From contig JAEOSU010000101.1 of NCBI GenBank assembly GCA_016840165.1, positions 1-17,028 of the forward strand: a stretch of 17,028 bases of DNA. The letters run 5' to 3'. Source of the DNA: Promethearchaeota archaeon (GTDB lineage: Archaea > Asgardarchaeota > Lokiarchaeia > Sigyniarchaeales > SOKP01). This document shows positions 8,408 through 15,969 of the stretch, piece by piece; within the stretch, counting starts at the first letter, position 1; each line of letters begins with the position of its first letter. The translations under genes and the position numbers were made by a program. Below the pieces are notes generated by a model. That model was not told where the DNA came from. It did no database searches and worked only from the letters and a program-made list of their open reading frames with translations.

Positions 8408-9262
8408 TTGAAAAGAGACAATCCAATAATTCATATCGATAACGTTGACCATGTATATCCAAACAATACATCTGCTTTAAAAAATATTTCTTTAAGAATC
8501 AACCAAGGAGAATTAGTTGCTATTATGGGTCAAAATGGAGCAGGAAAGACTACTTTAATAAGAACTCTAAATGGTTTAATCCGTCCCACCAAGGGATCCA
8601 TATATATAAAGGGTGAAAAGAATTCAGATAAATCGATAGCGGATCTATCTAAAATCATAGGTATTATATTTCAAAATCCTATGCATCAGTTATTCTCAAA
8701 CACTATTGAGGAAGAACTTAAATTTTCCATGAAGAACTTAGGCTATAACAAAGAGCAAATTCAACATGAAGTTGATAACTTTTTAAATAAATTTAACCTC
8801 GCAAAATATCGCGATCGCTCACCTTTTAACTTATCCGGAGGAGAAGCTAAAAAATTAGCATTAGCAACAATTATTTGTCGTGAACCTGAAATAATTGTTT
8901 TTGATGAACCTACATTAGGTCAAGATGCTAAAGAAATTGATTTTTTCCTAAGTTTAATACAGAATGAATTAAATAAAGGCAAAACTATCATAATGGTTAC
9001 ACATAATATTGAATTTGTCTTCGAAAACATTCCAAGAACCATTCTGATGGCAGAAGGACAAATAATTGCTGATGGTCCTACTGAAAAAGTATTAACAAAT
9101 GATTTTTTAGTAAGAAAAGCCTCGTTAATTCTTCCTCAAATCCATCAATTAAAACTAGGTTTAAAAGAAATTGGTATTGAGGTCCCTAATGAAATTTTTA
9201 AAGAACAAGATATGATTAGTTTCATAGATAATTATCTAAAAGCAAAATTAGCAAACCGGTGA
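8408..9262 (+). CDS. ecfA2: ECF transporter ATPase EcfA' (TTG start)
   Basis: GQNGAGKT, FQNPMHQLF, LSGGEAKK, VFDEPT and VTH motifs. Confidence 0.9.
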   Translation: MKRDNPIIHIDNVDHVYPNNTSALKNISLRINQGELVAIMGQNGAGKTTLIRTLNGLIRPTKGSIYIKGEKNSDKSIADLSKIIGIIFQNPMHQLFSNTIEEELKFSMKNLGYNKEQIQHEVDNFLNKFNLAKYRDRSPFNLSGGEAKKLALATIICREPEIIVFDEPTLGQDAKEIDFFLSLIQNELNKGKTIIMVTHNIEFVFENIPRTILMAEGQIIADGPTEKVLTNDFLVRKASLILPQIHQLKLGLKEIGIEVPNEIFKEQDMISFIDNYLKAKLANR

Positions 9263-9275
9263 GAGGAATAAGGAT

Positions 9276-10052
9276 ATGTCTTTTGAATTTCTAAATGCGT
9301 TTAAATTTTTAAAAAAAAATACAATCATTCATAGATTAGATCCACGAGTAAAGCTAATCTTTTCCTTAGTTTATACTATTAACGCATTAATGTTTACTGA
9401 AATCATACCCCTTCTCTTTATATTTCTTAGTTTACTGCCATTTATATTGTTAGGAAAATTATTCCGCCAATGGATAAAAAGCATACAAAGCCTAGCTTTT
9501 CTTTACATTTTTATCCTTATTATCAATACGCTATTTATTACTACTAATGGTTTTTCTTTTTCAATTGCTATGATTATAAGAATTACTATTATGATCTCTG
9601 CATTTTCGATATTTTTTTTAACCGTAGACCCGAATGATTTAGCATTATCCTTGATCTCTATGAAAATTCCATATGAGTTTGCTTTCTCATTTTCACTAGC
9701 TTTTCGTTTTGTCCCTACAATAGCAATTGAAGCTCAAAATATCATCGATTCTCAACAAAGTCGAGGCTATGAAATGCAAAAAAAAGGAATTATTAGTCAG
9801 ATAAAGAATTTATTTCCGCTTTTAGTGCCACTTATAATAGGATCAATAAAGAGAGCATTCAATGTGGCAGAAGCGCTTGAATCAAGAGCTTTTGGTAGTA
9901 AAAAGAAGCGCACATTTTATTTTACTATTCATTATTCTGGATCTGATTGGGTTTTCACCTTTTTTTTATTATTTATATTAATTGGGTTAATTATTATCCG
10001 TTTGCAAATAATAATAATGCCCGAATGGTTTTATTGGGGTTTACCAGTATGA
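9276..10052 (+). CDS. ecfT: ECF transporter transmembrane component EcfT (CbiQ family)
   Basis: IHRLDPRVKL, several TM helices, LAFRFVP, and the two Arg coupling motifs QQSRG and LESRAF. Confidence 0.92.
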   Translation: MSFEFLNAFKFLKKNTIIHRLDPRVKLIFSLVYTINALMFTEIIPLLFIFLSLLPFILLGKLFRQWIKSIQSLAFLYIFILIINTLFITTNGFSFSIAMIIRITIMISAFSIFFLTVDPNDLALSLISMKIPYEFAFSFSLAFRFVPTIAIEAQNIIDSQQSRGYEMQKKGIISQIKNLFPLLVPLIIGSIKRAFNVAEALESRAFGSKKKRTFYFTIHYSGSDWVFTFFLLFILIGLIIIRLQIIIMPEWFYWGLPV

Positions 10053-10714
10053 TTATCCAAGAATTTTCTTTTGCTGAGGATCAATTACATTACTTCGTTG
10101 GATTAGGATCTCTGATTATCACCAAATTAGAATTAGACGATATTTTTAATTTAATAGAGATTATTCAGAAGCGATACGAAGGTCTTATGCTTCAATTTTT
10201 CAATAGAAAATTAATACTTAACTATAATCATATTTTCTATGCTTGTTATCATACATTAAAGACTTTCTGCTATAAAAAGAATATTTCAAATAAGATGGGA
10301 ATAGAATTTCTGCTATATTTATCAGCAGATCGTCAAATAAAGAGAACGCTTGAAAATTATGGAATAACAACACATAACATTAATCAAGGCGCCATCGATT
10401 TTTGTGCTATTTCTAATAACAATAATCTTGAGATAGTTCGAAGGGATTTATTAAAAGAAATTAATGCTGAAGAAATTGACTTAAATTTGGGTAAGACTTC
10501 CTACGATAAATATGAGAGGATTAAAGAATATTTTGGGATAAATGAAAATCAAATTAATACAGTACTTAAATCGTATAGAATATTGGTTGATGATATAAAA
10601 CCTACTAAAACTAATATTGGACATTTTTATCTAGCACTTGAAGATTTAATCTGTGAAAAAATGGTAATATTAAGTTTAGAGAAAAGTAGTTATGAATTAG
10701 AATCTGCAGAATAA
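10049..10714 (+). CDS. cgi121: KEOPS complex subunit Cgi121 (221 aa)
   Basis: QFF..HIFYA..KNISNKMGIEFLLYLSADRQIKRTLENYGI and C-terminal LICEKMVIL. Start moved from 9947 to ATG 10049, which forms an ATGA overlap with the ecfT stop. Confidence 0.88.
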   Translation: MIIQEFSFAEDQLHYFVGLGSLIITKLELDDIFNLIEIIQKRYEGLMLQFFNRKLILNYNHIFYACYHTLKTFCYKKNISNKMGIEFLLYLSADRQIKRTLENYGITTHNINQGAIDFCAISNNNNLEIVRRDLLKEINAEEIDLNLGKTSYDKYERIKEYFGINENQINTVLKSYRILVDDIKPTKTNIGHFYLALEDLICEKMVILSLEKSSYELESAE

Positions 10715-11236
10715 TTAATTAATCGTGACAACGTCAGAATTTTTAATAAATGAGATTCCACATCTCCTTCCTAATATTTCTATCCAAATAATCTTATCTG
10801 GGTTTGAAAGATCCACTTGGTTGTTGATTCTAGAAGCAATTTTAGTTATCAATGGTTCTCTCTCAATTATTTGACTTTTTCTTCTTTTTACATTAATCAT
10901 AAAGCTCTCATTGGGTTCTATATAATCCTTGTAATACCTTCTAACTACTTCATCAATCATTTTGATGTCAGTTTCACATACAAAATCAATTGGAACAATT
11001 TTTAAAATGTATTGAAAAAATATGGGGTCATCAACTAATATCTTTTTTATTTTTGCTATTATATTGCGTATGTCTTGATTGATAAAGGCACTTAATAAAC
11101 CTGAATAATTTAAATCTGAAATAATTGGATATTTAATCCCACATATCAAAAGGGTGAACCACAGTTCAGCTTTAGCATTTTCCTCATTAAATCGTGATGT
11201 TGAGATTAATAGATTAAAATTATTAATTATAACCAC
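10715..11236 (-). CDS. THUMP-domain tRNA-binding protein (Tan1/THUMPD1-like, no catalytic domain); start possibly ATA 11230
   Basis: FNLLISTSR, ILKIVPID, ESFMINVKRR and VDLSNPDKIIWIEILG..GIS THUMP signature. Confidence 0.88.
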   Translation of the reverse strand: MVIINNFNLLISTSRFNEENAKAELWFTLLICGIKYPIISDLNYSGLLSAFINQDIRNIIAKIKKILVDDPIFFQYILKIVPIDFVCETDIKMIDEVVRRYYKDYIEPNESFMINVKRRKSQIIEREPLITKIASRINNQVDLSNPDKIIWIEILGRRCGISFIKNSDVVTIN

Positions 11237-11912
11237 CCTCCAGACCTAAATCTTCTTGATTCAAAACCTTGAGGATCTCATCTTCTTTAATAACACCAAC
11301 TCGCAAAATTTCAGGTTTATTAGAACTACAATCTATGATAGTAGTAGCAACTTTCGAAAGAGACTTACCACCATCAATTATTAAATCAATAGGACTTAAA
11401 AATTTTTTTGCGACTTCATCTCCACTAGTGGAAGGAGGTTCTCCAGAATAATTAGCTGATGTTCCAATAAGTCCACCAAAATTTCTTTCCTTTTTTAAAA
11501 TTTTAAGAATCTCTAAAATAATGTTATTATTGGGTACTCTTACTCCTATGGTTCTCTTAAAGGCAGTTAATTCAGGTGGGATAATATTTGGTTCCTTTCT
11601 GTTTAATATTAAGGTCAGTTGACCAGGCCAAAAAGTTTCAGCTAATTTCTTTGCTAATGGATTAAATTGAGCGATCTTTTTAGCTTCCTCAATATCGCTT
11701 ACGAGTAATAATAATCCTTTCGAGCGATCCCGAAATTTAATCTCAAAAATTTTATTTATTACCTCAAGATTTTGAGGATCCCCTCCAAGTCCATAAACAC
11801 TATCGGTTGGAAAACCAATAATTTTTCCTTCGATTACATATTCAGCTGCAAATTCCAAATAATATCTGATTTCCTCTATAGGTTTTCCTTTTACCTTAAT
11901 TAGCAATCCCAT
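11223..11912 (-). CDS. sua5: L-threonylcarbamoyladenylate synthase (Sua5/YrdC family, single-domain TsaC type)
   Basis: FPTDSVYGLG, KFR, FWPGQLTLIL, IGVRVP, TSANYSG and ILRVG motifs; 229 aa with no C-terminal SUA5 domain. Confidence 0.93.
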   Translation of the reverse strand: MGLLIKVKGKPIEEIRYYLEFAAEYVIEGKIIGFPTDSVYGLGGDPQNLEVINKIFEIKFRDRSKGLLLLVSDIEEAKKIAQFNPLAKKLAETFWPGQLTLILNRKEPNIIPPELTAFKRTIGVRVPNNNIILEILKILKKERNFGGLIGTSANYSGEPPSTSGDEVAKKFLSPIDLIIDGGKSLSKVATTIIDCSSNKPEILRVGVIKEDEILKVLNQEDLGLEGGYN

Positions 11913-11948
11913 CTTTAGCGAATAAAGCTTTTTTCTCTGATAATAATA

Positions 11949-12890
11949 TCATTTTGGATAATTATCTTGACAACTTAAGTCAACTTCTAGCCGTTTCCAA
12001 GTATGATCCATGTATTCTTGAAGTTCAATTAAATCTTTTTCAGAAATATTAGCAAATCTCTTTTGCCTAGAAAGATATTCGATGAGAGGAATTCTTTTTG
12101 ATGGATCTAAGAGAGGCTTACTGGCTTTTGATAAAGTCATGATCCCGTTTACTATTTCATATAAAATCCATGAACCTGACTTTACTGCTAATCGGGAGAC
12201 TTCTATTGTTTCATCTGAACCAAATCCCCAACCAGGAGCACAAGGTGCTAAAATGTGAATATATTTACAACCCTCAATTGATTTGGCTTTTTTAAATTTG
12301 TCAAACAAATCAAGCGGTTCACTAATAGAGCAAGTTGCTACATAAGGAATATCATGGGCTGCCATTATTGCCGGTAAATTCTTCTTAAATCGATCCTTAC
12401 CTTTAGTAGTAGTACTAGTCCATGCACCATGGGGCGTGCTTGATGATCTCTGGATACCCGTATTCATATAAGCTTCATTATCGTAGCATACATAAATTTG
12501 ATTGGAGTTTCTTTCTGCGGCACCACTTAATCCCTGAATACCGATATCTGCTGTACCTCCATCTCCTGCAAAAGTTAGAGCGGTCATTTTATCCCAACCT
12601 TTTCCAGGAAATCTATATGCCTTTGCTTTAAAGGCTGCTGACATACCCGTAGCTGCTGCAGCTCCAGCAGCAAAGGCCATGTTTGTAAATGGAAAATTAG
12701 GAGCGGTTTTTGGCCATAACCCCACTACTACATTTAAACACGATGCAGGGGTTACTAACGCTGTATTCGGCCCTAAAGCCTTCATCGCCCATCTGAGGGC
12801 AATTTCCAATCCACAACCTGCACAGCACGAATTACCAGGAAGAAAATATTCTTCTTGACAACTTTCTAAAGCTTCTTTTAATTTTGTCAT
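11949..12890 (-). CDS. porB: 2-oxoacid (pyruvate/2-ketoisovalerate):ferredoxin oxidoreductase beta subunit
   Basis: CAGCG, TPP-binding GDGG...YDNEAYMNTGIQRS and PCAPGW motifs. Start set at ATG 12890 behind a GAGGTGA SD. Confidence 0.93.
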   Translation of the reverse strand: MTKLKEALESCQEEYFLPGNSCCAGCGLEIALRWAMKALGPNTALVTPASCLNVVVGLWPKTAPNFPFTNMAFAAGAAAATGMSAAFKAKAYRFPGKGWDKMTALTFAGDGGTADIGIQGLSGAAERNSNQIYVCYDNEAYMNTGIQRSSSTPHGAWTSTTTKGKDRFKKNLPAIMAAHDIPYVATCSISEPLDLFDKFKKAKSIEGCKYIHILAPCAPGWGFGSDETIEVSRLAVKSGSWILYEIVNGIMTLSKASKPLLDPSKRIPLIEYLSRQKRFANISEKDLIELQEYMDHTWKRLEVDLSCQDNYPK

Positions 12891-12892
12891 TT

Positions 12893-14149
12893 TTATTTCA
12901 CCTCTAATAATCCATCCCAATAAGTTCCATATATCATATCTTTTGGAGCTTCTCCTGTTTCATTTAATCTTACCAGTGTTCTCAATTGTTCTTTCTGTTG
13001 CTCTAAAGTGACTTCCCTACCTCCTAAACCATTAATTATCGGTAAAATAGAAGCTGTACCCTCAGTATCATGGAGAACGGATTTAACTTCACAACTAACA
13101 GGACCTCCAGTTAAAGAACCAAATGCTGTAGCCCTATCTACCACTCCTATAAGCTTTACTTTTTTTGCTATTTTTATTACATCTTCTGTTGGAAAAGGTC
13201 TGAAATGCCTTAATTTCACCATTCCCACTTTATAACCCTCTTCCCTAACTTGATCTACCGCGTCTTCCATTTGAAGTGCTAGATCTCCATAAATTATCAT
13301 TGCAACTGTTGCATCTTTCATTTTATACTCTTGTACTAAACCATTTCCATAACTTCTGCCAAAAATTTTTTCAAATTCTTTTGCTGCTTCAGTAATCTTT
13401 GTTTTCGCTTTCATATGAGCTTCATGGATTTTCAAACGAAATTCTTGATAAAAACCCGATGGCATAATTAGGTTGCCAAACATCATCGGTCTTTTAGGAT
13501 CCATCCAAATGTGAGGCCAACCCTCCTCACTTGGTAATGGGGGTAAATAGTTGTCTACTTTTTCTTGATCCTCTACAATAACAGGTTTTGAAGTATGAGA
13601 TAATATAAAGCCTCCATATGCGATAAATTTGGGTAACAAAATGTCTATATCTTCACAAACTTTGTAAGCCATAAGAATTTCATCATATATCTCTTGATGT
13701 GAAGAAGCAAATGCTGTTATCCATCCTGTATCTCTCTGACTTAATACATCAGTAAAATCAGCCCAGATATTCCAAGGAGGGGCAGGACCTCTCGAAGCTA
13801 TAGCCATCACTATAGGCAATCGTGTACCAGCAGCCCAGTGTACCATCTCATGCATATAAAAAAGGCCTTGACCAGATGTCGCTGTGAATGTACGAACTCC
13901 TGCTTTACTTGCTCCAATTATCGAAGCCAAAACACTATGTTCTGATTCAACTTTAATATATTGTGTACCAGGCATTAATCCATTATCAGCAAACTCCGAA
14001 AGTTTCTCAACAACTGTTGTTTGAGGCGTGATTGGATAGGCGCTTATAACTTGTACCCTTGCCGATTTGGCGGCATAAGCTGCGGCAACATTTCCTTTAA
14101 TAATGATATTTTCTTTGTTTTGTATAAAATCGTTAGAAATTTCACCCAT
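12893..14149 (-). CDS. porA: 2-oxoacid:ferredoxin oxidoreductase alpha subunit
   Basis: [27 protein letters not shown] and GLGGRE motifs. Confidence 0.94.
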   Translation of the reverse strand: MGEISNDFIQNKENIIIKGNVAAAYAAKSARVQVISAYPITPQTTVVEKLSEFADNGLMPGTQYIKVESEHSVLASIIGASKAGVRTFTATSGQGLFYMHEMVHWAAGTRLPIVMAIASRGPAPPWNIWADFTDVLSQRDTGWITAFASSHQEIYDEILMAYKVCEDIDILLPKFIAYGGFILSHTSKPVIVEDQEKVDNYLPPLPSEEGWPHIWMDPKRPMMFGNLIMPSGFYQEFRLKIHEAHMKAKTKITEAAKEFEKIFGRSYGNGLVQEYKMKDATVAMIIYGDLALQMEDAVDQVREEGYKVGMVKLRHFRPFPTEDVIKIAKKVKLIGVVDRATAFGSLTGGPVSCEVKSVLHDTEGTASILPIINGLGGREVTLEQQKEQLRTLVRLNETGEAPKDMIYGTYWDGLLEVK

Positions 14150-14495
14150 TCTCTATATCACTCTCTCTAACCATCTCAATATTTTTTGTGGGACATTCCT
14201 TTGCACATATACCACACCCTTTGCAATACTTTAAATCAATTTCAAAGGAACCATCCTCTTTTCTTTCTATAACTCCTTCAGGACAATACATCCAACAAAT
14301 CCCGCATTTTGTACATCCTTCTTTAATAACGGGTCGAAATGTTCTCCAATCTCCAGTTTCTCCAATACTTCCTTTGATAGGTAAGGATATTGGAATTGGA
14401 GACAACTCTTCCCAATTTTTATATTCTTGGACTTTAGGTCGCTCTTCTTTAGATTTATTGATTTTTTTCCATTTATTTGATTTAGTTTCTGTCAA
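14142..14495 (-). CDS. porD: 2-oxoacid:ferredoxin oxidoreductase delta subunit (2x[4Fe-4S])
   Basis: [21 protein letters not shown] and [12 protein letters not shown]; TTG start in a TTGA overlap with the gamma-subunit stop, behind a GGAGGT SD. Confidence 0.94.
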   Translation of the reverse strand: MTETKSNKWKKINKSKEERPKVQEYKNWEELSPIPISLPIKGSIGETGDWRTFRPVIKEGCTKCGICWMYCPEGVIERKEDGSFEIDLKYCKGCGICAKECPTKNIEMVRESDIENG

Positions 14496-15073
14496 ACTGA
14501 TACCTCCTTTACTAATTCATAAGCACTTTTAGCAACACTCATATTCTTTTCCAGTCTACCTTCTCCAAATTCCTTTCTAATAACCTTTTCCATGATTTTA
14601 AGATCATAATAGCCCGTAATTTTTCCAAAAGCTCCCAACATTGGAATGTTTAAGATTGGACCACTGGAATGCATGAACTGCTTTTCTATACAAATCCCAG
14701 TTGCATCTACGATAAACAATTTTATATTTTTCCCAAATTTTTGAGTATCAAAAGCTTCTTTACTATTCGCGAGTATATTAACTCCATCATGAATTGTATC
14801 TTTAATTCTAGGTATCTCTAAAAGAGATCTGTCAAAAACTATAATATAGTGAGGATTAACTACACTATCATAAGTTTTTATAGGTTTATTTTTAGAAAGT
14901 TTAGTAAAAGCCTGAATAGGTGCTCCTCTTCTTTCTGCACCAATAATAGGAATTGCTATTGCATCTTTAAAACCTTTTTCATAAGCTAATTCGGCTAATA
15001 ACTGACTTGCAGTGATAGCGGTTTGACCCCCACGTCCATGCATGGTCACTTCAATTATTTCACTTTCAGACAA
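14492..15073 (-). CDS. porG: 2-oxoacid:ferredoxin oxidoreductase gamma subunit (TTG start)
   Basis: [18 protein letters not shown] and NIPMLGAF motifs. Confidence 0.93.
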   Translation of the reverse strand: MSESEIIEVTMHGRGGQTAITASQLLAELAYEKGFKDAIAIPIIGAERRGAPIQAFTKLSKNKPIKTYDSVVNPHYIIVFDRSLLEIPRIKDTIHDGVNILANSKEAFDTQKFGKNIKLFIVDATGICIEKQFMHSSGPILNIPMLGAFGKITGYYDLKIMEKVIRKEFGEGRLEKNMSVAKSAYELVKEVSV

Positions 15074-15318
15074 ATTAATCCATCTTTTTTTTGATAATTA
15101 CTTCGAAAAATTCAAAATCACTTATGATAAAAGCAATAATGCGCTATTTATATTAAATCCATTGCATATTTAATTAAGCTTAACCATTTAAAAGTAATAC
15201 AGATGCTCATAGATTATAAGGTAATTAAAAAATTTTTTAAACAAGCTGTTTATTAAGCAATAAACTACTTTTTTACAAAATAATGCAAAAAATAACCAAA
15301 ACAAAATTATAGATAACC
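15074..15318. promoter_or_regulatory. Divergent promoter region for the oxidoreductase operon and zpr1
   Basis: 245-bp AT-rich spacer between divergent genes; TATA-like TTTAATATAAA on the - strand near 15145-15158. Confidence 0.5.
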
Positions 15319-15888
15319 ATGTCAGAAAAAGCGAAAAAAAGTGAGGAAGAATTTCATTTTCAATGTCCTGCATGTAAAAAAGGAACTATATCTATAAAAA
15401 AGACAGTATATGATCTTCCCGATAAAGATAAAATGCTAATTATCAAATTTGAATGCAATAAATGTAATTATTCAGATAATGATATTATCCCATTAACGAC
15501 TAATTTTAAACCGGGTATCATTTCTTTAAAAGTAACGGATGAAACTGATCTTCAATCAAAAGTCTATCGCTCTCCTATAGGTAAATTAGAGATCCCTGAA
15601 TTGGAATTAGTTATTGAGCCTGGACCTAGTGCTACCTTTTATTATACCAATATTGAGGGTATTTTGTTTAGATTTGAAAATGCGGTTTCAATCTATAAAA
15701 AAAATTTTGATAAAAATGACCCCCATATCAATGAAATTGAGGAGCTCTTAGAAAACATTCAAAAAGCTTTGAAAGGTGAATTTGAATTTACTCTAAGACT
15801 ATCAGATACCGGAGGAGGTAGCTACATTATACCACAAAATAAATCAAACTATACATTTAGAGCAATTAATAATCAAGAAATTCAATAA
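15319..15888 (+). CDS. ZPR1-type zinc-finger protein (single ZnF plus A/B module)
   Basis: CPAC...CNKCNY..DI, DLQSKVYRS, LEIPELELVIEPGP, TNIEGIL and FTLRLSD.GG.SYI motifs. Confidence 0.92.
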   Translation: MSEKAKKSEEEFHFQCPACKKGTISIKKTVYDLPDKDKMLIIKFECNKCNYSDNDIIPLTTNFKPGIISLKVTDETDLQSKVYRSPIGKLEIPELELVIEPGPSATFYYTNIEGILFRFENAVSIYKKNFDKNDPHINEIEELLENIQKALKGEFEFTLRLSDTGGGSYIIPQNKSNYTFRAINNQEIQ

Positions 15889-15927
15889 AATATAAAAGAT
15901 ATTTTATCAAAATTTTTTAATAGTAAA

Positions 15928-15940
15928 GGAAGTTATAATT
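15928..15940 (+). promoter_or_regulatory. Putative BRE/TATA box for the phosphofructokinase gene
   Basis: GGAAG-TTATAATT about 30-40 nt upstream of ATG 15970. Confidence 0.4.
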
Positions 15941-15969
15941 AAATCAGTCACTAATCAAATTGATGGTAG

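Noticed and set aside
9947-10048. N-terminal extension of Cgi121 in the ORF track
   Set aside because: It would overlap ecfT by about 100 nt; the ATGA overlap at 10049 is the more plausible start.
11913-11948. BRE/TATA-like GAGAAAAAAGCTTTATT upstream of sua5
   Set aside because: Too close to the ATG (about 10 nt) to position a transcription start upstream of it.
12891-12920. N-terminal extension of PorB in the ORF track
   Set aside because: The GAGGTGA SD points to ATG 12890.
5520-14494. Selenocysteine readthrough at TGA stops (rpl37ae, ecfA2, ecfT, porB, porD, porG)
   Set aside because: Each TGA falls at the expected end of a full-length protein, and no SECIS-like hairpin was recognised.
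7894-14532. Short ORFs 7894-8142, 10817-11005, 11269-11451, 12422-12631, 13008-13235 and 14188-14532
   Set aside because: All lie opposite well-supported genes and lack family motifs.
15188-15373. 61-aa hydrophobic minus-strand ORF
   Set aside because: It overlaps the zpr1 start, and its hydrophobicity is explained by A-rich intergenic DNA.
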